DNA of 64,000 nt from positions 36,958,401 to 37,022,400 of the forward strand of contig CM120641.1 of the NCBI GenBank assembly GCA_051362555.1, read 5' to 3'. A program made the translations under genes and the position numbers. This DNA is from Lingula anatina (Eukaryota > Animalia > Brachiopoda). This document shows, piece by piece, positions 1 through 15,900 of the stretch; position 1 is the stretch's first letter; each line of letters starts with the position of its first letter. The notes beneath the pieces are model-generated. The model was not told where the DNA came from. It saw nothing but the letters and a program-made list of their open reading frames with translations, and ran no database searches.

Positions 1-2589
1 GGCAATCTTCAATGTCCAGGACTCAATAAAACATTTGATAATTCACTGGTCAGCAATCTCTGCTGATGTGATTTATTTTAAAAGAGAAAAAAAACTTTGA
101 GAACCTCAGACCTTTGTGGGAAGTCCCTAATTCAGTGTGCCAACATAATACCCACTTCTGTTATATCAAGTGGGCTTTTAATGAAGTCTGGGGAGAACTT
201 AGTAATCTCATACCTTAATGTGTAAATATTTACCAAATGTCACAGTCATAAGCTGGTTCTGTAAGATTTAACCCGAGTTATACAAGTTATGTTCATGTTG
301 AGAATAGCTGCTACATTACTTCATCATTAGTATTCACCTATACTTGTGCCAGGGGCAGATCCAAAGATATTTTCTGATAGTCAGAGTTCAAAATTATCTT
401 TGTTGATCCATCCTCCTTTTCTGAAGGTCTTTCGACACAAAAAATTAGATGCCCGTCAAAGTAAACTTGAAAAATTATTACCATCTTCCAGTAGACCCAG
501 AAGGTGGCCTCTATCTGCCCCTGTGTGTTACAAAAAATGGTACAGAAACCCTTGGACCTGCATTTCCAGGCAAGCTGTGGTGGTTTAACTAAAAAAAATA
601 TGTTATTACAATCTCTAACCATACGAATCCAATCTAATCCCTCTGTTGTCACACCAACTACTGTCCTAATTCAGTCACGTTGTGTGCAATCAAATTGACT
701 TCTTTGATATATAGTACGTAATTATCATCACACAGTCTGATGAGATGCAACATACCAAAAGAATTACCAAAATGTCACTGGAAATGCACTTTTAAAGTTA
801 CATATAACCACATTATAAAGGAACCTGACTTGATACAGCTGCCAACTTCACTTACACCATCCATATACTTTTTCTTTCTTGCACAGCATAAGGGCTCTAA
901 TCAGGCAATTTCTGTCAAATGACATTAAAATAGAGGTATTTCTGATGTGAAATGTTTCTTTCTTTTGTACATGTCCTTCTTAGAGCAATGTACTTGAGAA
1001 AAGGGTCTGAAGTAGATGTAAACAGGAACAATATTCTGAGGTGGCAATGTATCCAATATAGAAGAAAAGGATAAGTGAAAAGCACTCTGATGCATTTTAT
1101 TAAATTGTGCTTCACTTACAAGCATTGTAGTCAATGCTCTTTTTCCATTTACACATGTATCTACAAGTGTTCAGCTCATTTTCTCCTTTATGAGAAGTGT
1201 TTCAACTCTCTAATCCCTGCCACCAGGTTTGATTGTGCACTCCAAGCTTGTAATACTGTTTATGGCATGTCCACTTCTGTGACCCACTATATGTGTGAGA
1301 AACCCACTCAGAAAAATAATGTGAGGTCCCGTGTTCATAGATGATTTTGAGATGTGTTGGCGCAGTGCAATGTCACTGATGTTATTTAAACAAGTTCACT
1401 AACAGTATCAAAACATGGAATTCTATTATATATAACTTATAAAGAATGATGAGAAGATTTTAAAAACACTGACTTTAAGAATAAACACTTAAAAATAACT
1501 TGTAATAAAAATATAGACTAAATAACTTAAATATTAATAAACATAAATAATTCTTATCACTCGTATTTCCCAAAATATGAAGTGAAACCACTCAATTTGT
1601 ATTCAGCTGGCCTTGCCTTACAGTTGAAATTAACATCAAGAAAGGGGAAAGGAGCACTTGCATTAAAATCAAATGAATAAATATTAACATAAAACCATAT
1701 GTAGAGTTGGGCCTGGTCATGTACTTATTCACTTGCCTGCTTTTTTTTGTAACATTTAAACACATTTGCTTATGGACTCATTACAATTTGGTTTGTAGTG
1801 CTGAAAACTATATTTCAGCAGGACATACTTCATTAAAACAATTACAGGTGTAGCAATAAACATACGTGCCTAACTGTGGCTGTTGAGAACATCAAAACTA
1901 TGTTATGTGGACATATCTTCCGAGAATTGTCTTTAATGTCGACATGTTTTAAACTTGTGAAAATAGTTGTCAAAATATTTAATTTTTTTACCAGAATCTG
2001 TTAACATTTTGAGCAGTTCATTTATTCTTAAACAAATGAATCATTAAAAGTTGGGAAAATTGTGAAATACATTTAATATTTTTCACACATTAATAATATA
2101 TTATTATGCTGACTAGTCTCAGATACTACGATAACCACCGTAATCAAGTTGGGAATCAAATATTCAGACATTTATCGATACTACACTGATTGGTCATGTT
2201 ATTACACCCCAAGTTTTAGGGTTTACACAGAGATGAGACTGCCATCTACTGAAAAAATTGGAAAATATGGCACGGGGTCCACCTACAGTAGGTCAATAAC
2301 ATTAGGAAGTAAAAAATCTGCCAATGGTCGGAAAAATATCATCCCTGTTTACATAAACTAATAATACCAGCATTCCTATGCAACAGGTATACCAGTACAT
2401 CTGACTCTCGGGGTGCCATGCCCTATGAATCATCATCATGTTCTGGAAAAAACGATGAAATATTCAACCACTTTGCTGACTAGTAAAAAAAACCTAGATA
2501 ACCATCATGAAGTGAAGCATGTTGAAATATTCGGCCATTTACCAATATTATGCTGACTAGTCTCCATGACAAGATAACCACCCATATAG

Positions 2590-3394
2590 TTACAGTGCCT
2601 TCTGTTGTGAAGCTAGTGATGCCAGCATGCGGGCATGATTATGGTACACAATGGTGATTTCAGCGGGTCTTTGTTCCCAGGGCTCTCCATCAACTTGCAT
2701 CGGGGCCTTGCCACCAAAGAGTATGATCTAAAACAAATTGGTAAAAAGAGGTTGTATGTTAAATAGCTGGTTTTCCTCTTACCAAATGAATGGTTTACCA
2801 CCCATGCTCAAGTTATGTATGATTTTATTTTTCTGTACATTAGCTTCACATACATGTACGTGTACCATACAAAGGTACTCTATATATATATTCAAATCCA
2901 TTTATTCAGATACTGTCCAACCAAATAATTACAGAAAAAAAGAAGTGCCGCAGAAAGATTTCAATTACTTTAGCCATTCAGAAAGATGATGGAAGTTACA
3001 CAGATGATTAACAACAGGTTTTTATGAAATAATAGTAGTACAAATCAAATACTTTATTACCAGTTACAAAACAGCCATAGCCATACCTTGACTTTACTAG
3101 CCTGTCCCAGCCGTAGTGGCTCAGCCAAGCCAACCTGCATCTGGGCTATGTGGAAGGAAGAGTAAATCCCCATCACTTCTAAAGCTCCATCATTATACCT
3201 GGAGCAAAGGAGACATTGTCAATATTAAATACTTACAACTAGAGACTGAAAGACATTCAGACACCTTGCAACCAAATGTTGGTAAAAAAGACAAAAAAAT
3301 CTAATTATGAAAAATAATCAACTTCTGTAGATTAGTGATTTTACACATGGACAAAATGTTATTTTATCTATGTATTTCAATAAATTATAAGTAT

Positions 3395-3428
<34 letters not shown>

Positions 3429-6400
3429 CTCCTCCTCCTACTACTACTACTACCTTGATTTTGGAATGTCTTTTCCCATGCCCCATGGCTGACAGCCACC
3501 ACCCCAGCTGCCAATGTTAAGAACCACAACCCCCTCAAGATCAGGGAGGCTTATCAGCTTGTCATCCATTTCCAACTAAAATTTAAAAAGGAGAATTATT
3601 TCATTCAAATTTGTTTTAGGGTATAAATGTGAAGAATTGTTTTATTTCAATACCCCATCACGTTGTTCCAGAAGGGAAGGTCTAAATTTCACTCATTTTT
3701 AGCTGATGTGGAAAATTTGCGACTTCATTATTTTTACCTTTCAAAAAATCCCAAAATCTTTAGAACCTTTTGGTGCATTTTCATATTCTTATTATAAAAA
3801 GCCCTTATTATAAAAAGAAAATATTGGTGTAACACGTACATCTAAACAAATGTAAAGACTCCAATACGTGGGCTGATGATATAATCAAGTAAAAATGTTT
3901 TGCGAAATCAATCAAAAATGCCAATCCAACCACCTACAGTCATTCTCAATTCTAATTTTGGTGCATGTTTTTTATTGGAACCATTTAAGAAATAAGTGAC
4001 TTAAAGAGCTGGCACTCGTGCACGATAAATTAACACAAGGTGATGCCTTATACCAAACAGGTTTTAAAAACAGGTGAATTCCTTCACAGAGTAATGCTAA
4101 TAAAACTTTCAACAACTTTACCTTTGAGCTAGAGCACTGGTGTTCAGAAGGGGATTTCTTATTTGAGAAGTTTTGATAGTGCCATTCTTGGGATATTTGC
4201 AGCTAATATCCAAGGAGCACGAGTTGAAAAACATACCCCAACATATGGAGAGCAAATACATAAGAGAATAAAGATCTGCCCTAACTTATTACATTTAATG
4301 AAGGGAACTAAAGGGATTTTAAGCTACTTACCCTACCAAAAATGACATGATAGATTTCAATTTGGAAAAAAATCTGCACTGACATATGGATAGCAAATAC
4401 TGGCATGTAAGTTACTGTACATGCCTTACATGTAAGGTTAGTTAAAGGAATTGGGGAGAATCAAACCAACATCAATACTCATATCTCTAGTTCTTGTTTT
4501 AGAACAAAGGATATACACTGTAATGTAAAACTAATAATCCATGATAGTGAAATAAGTTCAATTCTTAACAAGAATATATCTGGAAAACATAATGTATATG
4601 TATATTTACATCATTTTGTTTTCCAGATACTTTTGCACACAAAATATGCACAATCTTTCCTTTTAAATTTGCAGTAAAACACTTCTGAGATAAGGCCAAG
4701 TAATAAGGCAAGGCAAGCATGGGGTGTGCCATTACATGAGATGATATATGATTCTTGGTATGGTGAGCAGTAGGCAGGCAGGCAACAAATGACTATCCTG
4801 AATTATCCTGTAGATCCTAACATGGTGTGAAACAAAAAAAATTAGAGTTGAATCTAATTTTCAAATTGAAATCAAATGCATAACCAAGAAAACCACTTTT
4901 TACAGGACAATTGCAAGTCTATATACTCTAGCTTAATAAACTGACTTCTTCTGGTCAACCTACCAAAATTATTTCTTTTCCAAAATACCTGTTACAACAT
5001 AGAAATATCCCAATATCTCAACAAATGTATATCAAATTCTCTTCTTAAACTCTGACTGAGTTTCCAATCAAAATAATCAATCACATATTCAGAAAAATTC
5101 ACCCCAATCCTGTGCTTATATAATGGGGGATAATCATCTGTTGCTGCAATCTTTTCCTCTCCCCCCCCCCCCCCCCCCCAAAAAAAAAAAGACTTTTCCA
5201 TCCAGTGTATACTCTTTAGTAAATTGATGGCTATAATATGTGACAATAGAGAAGTATAGGTGCTGCCAGCCCCCACTGCTGTAGTGTCAAGGCAGTTTGA
5301 GTTATCTGATGTGACATGGGAGGAGGCCACAGCTACGTGCTGTGTACAGGAGGCACTCACCACTATCTTCTGATGGAGGTCCTTGCATTCTCTTTCCAGA
5401 ACATCTTTTGTCCCATATGTGAAGTACCAAAACTGAAAGATTAGACACTTCATATTGTATTGTACAATTTATATTATATTATATTGTATTGTATTATATT
5501 ATATTATATTATATTATATTATATTATATTATATTATATTATATTATATTATATTATATTATATTATATGACAGTGCATTGGAGACACTTAACAAGAAAC
5601 CATGGATTTTGCAAATCTCATTCATAAATCTTGTTTACAAAAGTCTCTACATGCCGCAGCCTAAAAAGCCTTTAAAAAACCTTTAAAGAAACAAATGTAA
5701 ACCACTCTAAGGAGGAAAATCATTTCCAACCACTCATTCAGGAAATGCCAATAAAAGCTAACAAGAACAAGGTTCCTATCTTTATATATAGCACTCTGAA
5801 AATGAGCATCAATGAAATTAATTTCTTTCTCTCTGGTCTGAGGTAATGTAAAATCTAACCCAGTCACTAATCTTAGCCAAAGCACACATATGCTTTTTTA
5901 TCTGGTGTTTCAAATGAGATTCTTTTTCATAATACTTTGTTCTAAATTTAAAACAAAAAAACATCCATTCCCAAAGATTCTTTTTAATGAATTGTCAGTG
6001 CTAATTATTATAAACCACACTTGATAGCAAGTATTTCTTAAACTTGAGCAAGATTTGAAATGTTGTAGTTGAGTCAGACATACATGTTACACTGCTAGTC
6101 AAGATTTGACTTAAGCAGGAAAAGAAAAGGCAATAACACACTCACATAAAACAGCTGTTACAACTTCCCAACCAAAATTTAATTACTACTTTTAAACTTT
6201 GCCAATACAGAATTCAGTAAAATCACTTTTGATGTTGTTGATTAAGATGAGCTATGCAAAAGTAGAAAATTAATGAATTTTGTACAGCAACAATATGAAA
6301 ACTGTTTCACAATTAGTCCTGCACAAGAGGATAAAAATATCTATTAAGTATTTATTTCATGATGAATATTAAAGATAAGAAAAGAATCCTTTATATGTGT

Positions 6401-9400
6401 ATCAGACATTTTTCCACTAAAAATGACAATAGCCTTTCTGAACATAATTTCTAATAACACCCCTAACCCTAACCCTAACCCACATACACAGATTGTGAAT
6501 AAGTGCCAAGAATGGTATGCAAGGACACTTTGCCATACCAGTAGATGTTTTAGTTTCTTTTGGCTGAAAACGTCATTTCTGCTGCCACCACCTGAAGCAA
6601 ATGTTCTGAAATAAAATCTCAAAAGAATATCTTTTTAAATCTAAAGGGCCACAGATGCATGTAATATGTGCCAAGCAATAACTGAAATATATTTTTGTGC
6701 ACAATCTCGGGTGGCATCTTTTGCTTGTCTAATAGTATAAATTGTAAGAACAACACTGTATTTAGTACACACTAAACAGGGCCTTAACAGTACTCTAATG
6801 GTGCCCACACGTAGTTCACTTGTAAAAACAATGGCTTTACAATGACCTATGTCTATGCCTTATAGTTTTAATAGCTGCGCCTATAATTCTAACAGGTAAG
6901 CACCTATATATGCATAGCTATAAAACATCAATGCTTTTCCATTAACTTGCCTCTAATGAAAGAACGCATTCATTTAAAAGACATGAGGTCTTTCATCATT
7001 TGTCTGTTTTCTCTTGATTTCCATTCATCTTCAGCATTATTATGAAACATAAGAGAGAGAAAGGGTGCACAATATAGTGCAGGAAGACCAAAATGAAACT
7101 CATTAAATCTCAGCATGAAAGTATTTTTGAACTAAAATGACTGCAAAAACACAACAGGAGGATTCTGAATGTTGTAAAAAAAAACAGTACTCATACAAGA
7201 TCTCAATGATATTCCTATTTGTTACGCAGACATTTTATTAAATTTGCTATTACAATGGCACCCTATGTGCCGAACAACCTCCTCTCATGTCTGAGATCTG
7301 TTCCACAAATTATTTCTAAACCAGTATATTACAGTCATAAGGAGACATGCACCCATTACTATTGCCCTAATACTCCTTATGCTGTTTAAATGACGCATTA
7401 ATCTCTGCTTGGCAGGTAAGATAACATCAGACGCATGACATAAACTTGTATGCTTTATTGTTATGATATACCAAAAGTAATATGATATTTTCATTATATA
7501 TTCCTTGATTTTCTAACAGTGATTAAGAGATCAAGATCTAGATTTCAATCTTTAAAAAAACTATCTGGCCCTCCCTAAACTAAGCTGAATAATGTATGAT
7601 GCCTAGATGTATGTTTTTTGCAAAATGGCAGTTGTCATATCATCAACAATACTGCAGGTACTTCATTTTCATACCACATCAAGCATCCTACCCAAGCTTT
7701 AAAAAACAGCAATTAAATATTGTAGTTCACATTATTCTGGGTTCCAGTATTCTACAAAGAGAACATTACTTTAAGAAATTTACAAGAATAACCCACTGCA
7801 CCCTTCTCAAATTATTTGTATAAGGGGGGGGTCTTCAAGCAGCAGTTTTTGAGCAAGCTGACTGCAACAGGCAGAATTTTACCCTAATCTCCTTGGGTGT
7901 CATACTTTAAAGAAAATTGTTAGGTGCTGGTTATAAATTGCTACCTTTTCCCTGTAATGCATCAACTTAAAAGCCTTCTTAATGCACTGGCAGTGGTGAT
8001 AATAACGAGATGTGGGGCCATGGACAGTAAGATGATTCCTAGTAAAAGAGAGAGTTATAAAAAGGAAAAAAAACTGTACCTCAAATCGAAAGATTTTTAA
8101 GAATCCACATCTCTATAAACATCTATTTTAAATTATCATTAACAGAAAACTTTGTTTACCAAATCAAAAAGCAACAGCATCATTACCAAAGGAAAAAAAT
8201 TACCAGTCTTGATAAAATATGCTAGTAAAACAAATTTACAAACCAGACTCACAAAATGTAGCTCACGTACAGCATGCAGCCTTTGATGGATAAAGAAAAA
8301 TGTATGTTATGTATTCATTATTTTTCTAACATCAGACCACGCACTGCAGCAGTTCAACTACAGGTGTGAAGAACAGTAACTCAGTATACAAATCCAGTAT
8401 TTTTTATCAAAGGAGGGGGCTCTCTGAAAACTAATTAAATCTGATGTCTGTAGTTCACGCTATACCTTCAAATCTTTTTCATTTCAGAGCCATTTCAATA
8501 TTTTTTGCTCTTTCTTACAAATATTTTCTGGTCATAGATAGTATACCCATATTTCCTCTGTAAAGTTGCTTTACGATAGGAAACAATGAACGGCAATGTT
8601 TTCAGCTATAATGTATAAAGGTGCATTTTTTTAAACAATCAACCGTATAATTTATGAAGACAGTCTGGTGCTAAGGTTGCACTGGTACAACAACATGTCT
8701 TTTATAGCAAGAAATAGCAATATTGCTGTCTTAAAATACCTAGTAATTCACCCTTATATCCAATAAACCACATACTTTGTGACACTATAGCTGTAATGAC
8801 TGTAAGGGGACACCTTCTGCTTACTTTACGACTTTAAAATGATTATCTATGACAAGGGGGTAGGGTAGCCTAGTTAAGCTGGATGCTCAGACTGTCCCTC
8901 CTTTGGTGACAATAAGGCGTTGGACACCTTCTGGCGTCTCTGCTATCATAATTGTCAACTCAAGGTAATTCAATACACAAAGTCAACAGTGACATCAAGA
9001 TGGCAACAAAGTCACAGCAAGAGTTGCTGAGAGAAGTGATGAGATTCAATCACCAAATTTTTTTCTCAATGGAGAAATTTCAGAACAAAGTTGATTTTAA
9101 GAATGTTACTGTATACAAATAGCCGGCAGTGATTGTTGAAACAGAATTACCCATTAAAGTTCCCTAAGGGCCTATTTTCTCGGTGGGTAGTGGATTAATT
9201 TCCATTAGTTATTTTTTTCTTAGATTGGTCCTCTTTGATGTTCTTGATGGTGATGGTCCTAGAATGTTACTAAGCAGTTCTTCACAAGGTGTTATCTTGA
9301 AATCTTTCTTCCATAGAGAATCCTATAAAACACTGCAACCTGGTGGGCTTGACTTTTATTACCTGTTTAAAAGGGAAAAAATCATGACCACTTAATTTGG

Positions 9401-12400
9401 TCAGGTGAACAGAATATTGTCACCACAGGGGGGATGGTTAATGTCCACTTTTTAATGGTCATCACCAGACTATTTCTGTTATTTATTATGTGATGAATTT
9501 TACATTAGACCACATGTTTGTTTCCTAAATATATCCCAAGTTTCCATTTTGTCACAAAACAGATGAATAATGATAGCTCAATCCCAAATGTCTTTTTTGC
9601 TCAATTCTTTTTCTGCTTCATGGTGCATTACAAACTGTCGCAACCTTAACAGTTTTTCATGAAAAACTCCATTACCAACCCGAATTTAATCCAGTTAAGT
9701 TATCCCATCATATAATGTCTTATTTATAAAATCCACTTAAATTATTCTATCCTGACATCTATGTCTATACCCTGCTGCTGTGTCAAAGCTTTAATTTCTT
9801 ACTAGATAATCACAAAAATCTTTTAAGGGGCCTATCGATTTCTGCTTCAAAATGTCAGTGTGACTAAGTGAAAATTCAATCCTAAATTGATATTCTTATT
9901 TCTTCTTCAAAGTGGCCATTTGGTCATGGGGTGATTTCATGCTTGGACTGTACATAAACCATAGACACCTGAAGTCTGCCACCTTGCAGTGTCAGAAAAC
10001 AATATTGGGGAAGTTCAGGCAAAACAGACATTATCATGACTCATTCCGCACTGGTGGGTTTAAGCTTTCTTTGATCAATTAAATTGGAATTCTTTCTACT
10101 TCTACTTTTGAAGTTCACATGTTATATTATGAAAAATAGATATAATAAAGGAAATTACATATGAAGTAGTATACAGTCAATTAATTTTCTGTAAAAATTG
10201 AAGTTATAGCAACCAATAAAATTCTTTAGTATTCTTGAGCAATGAATCTGAAAATTCTTTTTAAAAATACACCACATACTGCCAGTGGAAATTAAATGAT
10301 ATGATCTAATTTTCCAGTTTATAACCGTTCATATTACCAGACAAGGGGGAATCTTTGAAGATACTTAAGATCGGAGGACCCACGCTGCAAGAAATCTGCA
10401 GGTCCTCCTAATTCTGTGCTGGTCTGAACTGAGTATTTTATTTTCATTAGCCTATGTTAACATGTGATTCATCTTAGTTACAGTGGCCTACATTCATTTA
10501 TGTGCATTTCTATTGTTTGAAATTATGTGCATTTTTATCATTTGAAATTCTAAAAAAGAAAGAAAAAACAGTACATGGACAGTACTTTGAGAGATATAAT
10601 TCAAAAAATTTTCAGTTTGTACACGCACCAGGTTTACTTCACTTTTACTTTCACTAATAACTTATATCAGAGAGCACAGTTCTCTAAAGAATAACTAAAT
10701 TCAGGCCAAATCATTTGTTGTATCAACATTTCTCAGTACCATACCTATGACTGATTATTGCCACAATGATATAATCCCATACTAAACTGGTACTCTTTCA
10801 ACATTGAAAACTTCTGAGTTAACTATTGCCATGCACCATTAATACAGAATACAGGCTCAGCATGGAGATGTAAGAACTTTTAACAGAGGCTAACAGTAAT
10901 ATTATTCAAAACCCTTGGCACCTTGGTGTGAAATCTACTGAAACATTATAGAGGAGGGCAAAGTGTCTACAACATAGAAGGATTTGTTGAAACACCTGGG
11001 GTACAGGCCACTTTGGAAATTTCATGACAATGATGCTTATGTCCATGTCTTAAAGTATCAAAGCTCCTGAGGCAGAGCAATCAATTAACATTAATATGTG
11101 GATAGAGACAGAGTCCTGATAGCACCAGGATAGGGTTTGTTCACACTGGAAGGAAGACAGACCGAGATCTGAAGAATTCCATTTAATCAGTATAAGATCA
11201 CCAGCCAAGCATTAGGCCAACTGACCATTTAGTCATATGTTGTGCATAGGTGGACATCTGCTGTCTGGGCTGGTGACAGATTACAACAAATGAGTCATGT
11301 TATCAGAAACAGCCACATGTACTTTAGCTCACAAGGCTTCAACCAGATTTTGAACTCTTTTTCACCATCATTTTGGACCCAAACTACATAGAGCTTAAGG
11401 TAATGTTTAAGTCGATACATGTCACAGTGTGAGAAAACAGAGAAAATTTTGATAACTTTTCATCAAAATACCGCACAGAACCTCAAAAGTATAAGAAAAC
11501 CTATTGCCAGAGCCTTTCCAGTCCATGTGAGTGTGTGTGTGAACAGTCCAAACATTGCATGTCTCACTGGTATGGACAATACTGTTTTTGTTAGTGTACC
11601 TCTACCACCATTAAATGTCTATAAGGAGAACATAATTGCCTCTATCACAATAGTATACCAATGAATAACACTACTATTTGGTAAGGTAACTCCCTAACTT
11701 CCTGACTTCTGTTCATTAATAGTCTTGATGTTGAATGCAAAAACGACCATCAGGGCTTGTTCACAATACCATGTGAATACTCACTGAAGATAAATGGTTG
11801 TAAAATTGTACAAATATTAAGGAAAGCAAATACTTTAAGGCTGGTATATTTAACTTTATGTTGACTTCATTACAGACAGCCCATATGCCCACACCATTTC
11901 ATAAAAGTGAAGTTTAGTGAATTGTATGTATCACTATTAAATTTCACAGGTAGTGATGAAAAATAATGTTTACTGATCATTCACCAGTACATTGATGCCT
12001 GCAGCTATTCAGTAATATTTAGTCAGAACAGACTTGTGTACTAATAAATAAGAACTAAACCACATGCTAAAATAGATGTGTCCACAAGCACAGCAAGAAA
12101 TCCATCTTATAAGTGATATTTGATATCTCAGGTGGTCTATTTCATATACACTCAATGGATTAACATGGCTTTTACTAACTAGCATACCTATACTAACAGA
12201 ACAATATCCATTTCTCACTGTATCATGTACATGTGTTAGAAGTGAAGATACACTGACCTCAAGAACTTCATTCTACAGAACAACCAATGAAATAGACCCA
12301 AAACTGTTAATATATATATATATATATAAAAACTGAAGGAACTATACATTTGAAAGTTATTTAGTGATATAGGTGCATATCCCCAAATGACTATGTATGG

Positions 12401-12885
12401 GACATAAAAGAAAAATAACACAATATTTTGCCCTAAGTTACTACATGGATCGTATATTATTTTAATTTTGGAAGGCTACAGTTACTTATTTTAAACAAAA
12501 GAAGTAATATCTAAATGGCTTTCCCTATAAATTTTATGAAGTTTCAACTGAAAAAAATGGAAGATATTTCAGATAAATCCCTTCTTTCAACAACTCCTAT
12601 AAAATTATGACAGGACCTGCCATCTATTGGCATATTTGATAACTCTGATAAAGAAGACTACTGTAACAATAACTGTTGGAAAGTGATAACCAAAACTAAC
12701 ATGTGACAGTTTTTCATTCATAGTTTTTTTCCTTTGTTTTTTTTTCTTGTTGTCTTGGTCTGGTTTTAAAAAAATAATTTTATATATTATAAGTGCTACC
12801 CAAACCTTTAGTATCAAGCATTCAAGCTACAAACTTTCATTATAAAATGTGTTAATTTTATTAACCCTATTCCATACACAGCAAT

Positions 12886-12927
<42 letters not shown>

Positions 12928-12932
12928 ACATG

Positions 12933-12988
<56 letters not shown>

Positions 12989-15900
12989 CATGCATGCATG
13001 CGTGCATGTGAATGTGTGTGTATACAGAACTACCATACATACTGTATACTGTAGTTCTGTTGTTTATAAGTAGAAGTTGTTTATAAGTAGAAGTTAGATT
13101 TCTACTTATAAACAACCTCCTAGAATAAAAGCTGTCTGCACCTCATTTACTTTGCGTAAGTTAAAATCAAGCTTATGAAAACATTGGCACACAGTGTTTG
13201 CTGCAATCACAACTCAACATTGTGTTAGGTGTGATCACCAGGTCTCTCAAAACACAATCCAATCAGATTGTAACACATTTCTCATTAACCAAAAACAAAA
13301 TGATTTCTTTCAAAACACAATCCAATCAGATTGTAACACATTTCTCATTAACCAAAAACAAAATGATTTCTTTATTGTATGCTAATGAAAATTAATGATA
13401 CCTGATAGATATCTATAAGAATTGGCCTTTAATACTGGACATTAAGTTTAATGACATTGAGTTTTATAATATATTTTCAGCACCACTGTCTATATTGAGC
13501 TTGTTCTAACTACCCTGAAAATTTTATTTTACAGTCCAAATTGGATAAATACAGTTTAAAAGAACTAAAAACATTAAACTACTGCATAAAAGAACAATAC
13601 CTTGTTAATAAATCTGCTTCCAAACAGACTGGGACGGCTTTCTCTGTGTTTGTGGAAGTTCAAGGCAACCAGGGCATCCACACCAATGGAAGCATAGTTA
13701 TTCATGATCAGCACCTGTGAATTACAAATGATTATTCAAATACTACAGAGGGTTTTAGGGTATATAACAGACCAGCACACAAGCCCTTATATGTATCCTT
13801 CATATTTTCTATTTTCACCATCAATATAACTTTGAGTTCAGGCGTGTGTGTACACACACATGGTCAGGTTTGGGCTGTAGGTAGAAATTCAAATGGCCAT
13901 TATGTACTAGCCTAGGGGCAGGCACATTTCCAAAATGAATCTAAATACAAAAGAATTCTGTTATACTGTCAAAAATAGAGATTTCATTTCCTATTCTGAT
14001 AATCTTACCTTGCTCCTGCTGGGAATGCCAAAACGCTTCTGGGAATTAATCTCCACCTTCCATCTAAAAGAGCAAAGACATAAATACTGTTATCAAATTA
14101 ATCAAAAAATAAGTAAATAAATAATTTGGAAAAAAAATTATGAATTTACTTTATATCCTGAATAACTTCAGATGTCAAAAACAAACATGTATTTCTAAAC
14201 ATTCTCAAATATACCTCAAACCTGAACATCTATCAAGTTTAGCATGGTTGACTTCAGCTCCAAAAACAAGTGCAAATTACAGTGAGTTCATAATTTATAT
14301 CCTTTTTACATTCACTATTCACATGAGAAAAAAATTTTATTTAAATTATGAAAATCCACTCATTTAACTGACCTGTCCAGGTTGACAACTCTCGCTGTTT
14401 TGATCTGGTTCAGAATGTATGTGACGTCCACCTCCCTGGTGTATCCTGGGCCCCACCCTAGCACCCTGGACAGGTCATTGCCTGTCCCCAGGGGCAGGAT
14501 ACACACCTCTGGCAACTTCTGGAAACAAAAAGGTACAAGTTTGTAACATTACGTTAAAATTAAACAAATTTGAGCTTACTGAAGAAAAAGCCACTTCAGG
14601 GCATTTGAACACTATTCAAGTTCTGTAAAAAGTACATCCATTTTCTTTTGGTTGAAGGGTACCACAAATAGTATGTGGCATAATTATCTTGCAGGCAGAT
14701 GAATGCTGCACCAGTGAAAATTGATGGACTCAAAATCAGACAAGTTCAAGCAGAAATTATACAAGTATGTGTGCAATGATTGTGACCGCAAAGACGTCTA
14801 CTTTATATAGACAAAGACATCTGTAATTAGTAAGGAAAAACAGAAATGGAGCTACATATATGTGTCCAGTGTATGGGATAATGCATAATTAAACACAAGA
14901 GTTGTATTGGAAAATCAATTACCCTAAACTTGAGGTTGTCTATTGCACTGAGCACCCAGCCTACTGTACCATCTCCACCACACACCAGCACTCTACAGGT
15001 GACATCTGGGACAAGATGAGCCCACTCCAAACCATTCCCTGGTGGCATATCAGCCAGATCTATCACCTACATAATCAATAAATGGAAAGTTAATATCAAG
15101 TTTTAAAAAACATTCTTCAACGAAGCATTTCAGGTTGTCATAACTAAATATCGAGAGAAAAACACCTTTCACAATTGAGCGAAAAAAATGCTATATTAAA
15201 ATTCAAGATTTAATTGTTTTTCCATAAGATGAATAAGTGTTCAAAAAGATAAACCATCTTCAAAACTAAATAAAGAGTATATAAATGTTTATCACATGAA
15301 TAATAAAGTAACAAAAACCATGCATAACCTGTGCTGGGTTTAGTAGCCCTCTAAACACCTGCAGGATATGCTCTCCATCATAATTTCCACTCTTTCTATT
15401 CGCAATCACAACCAGTGGCCTCCAGTCTTCTGAGCTTGGATGGAGCACTTTCCCAACTTTCCAGTGCCGTCTGCCTTTAAAGCCAACCAGTTTGAGCTCC
15501 ACTCTGTGCGGTGGGACTATGAAATCTTTGAATGCTCCCAAATCGCAAATTTGTATGTATCCAGCATTTTCATGCCTGCATTCCTCATGGATGGTTCTTT
15601 GGCACCAGCAGCAACGGAAATCACACAGCTCAGGACGAATTCCACACAGCTCACCACAAATGCAACACCTGCTACTAAGCGGGAGATTGCCATGTACCCA
15701 GTGATGTGTGACTTCAGACTTAGACGCAAGAGCTTTACAAGGTAGGTTCCCATTAGCTTCCTTCATATTGTGATCATTAACACATATTCCACAGGAGCCA
15801 CAGAAAGCTCCATGCGATATATTTTCCCCACTGACAGCACAATATGTTGGCTTGTCAAAGGCATCAACCATGGACCAGCGGTGGCCTTTACTTATGTCTC

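Noticed and set aside
338-1344. Overlapping short ORFs
   Set aside because: No recognisable motifs or consistent splice structure; probably 3' UTR or intergenic DNA downstream of DGKE.
12814-13115. HT/CV-repeat ORFs (also 5489-5686, 28887-29370, 45766-46016)
   Set aside because: These are translations of microsatellites.
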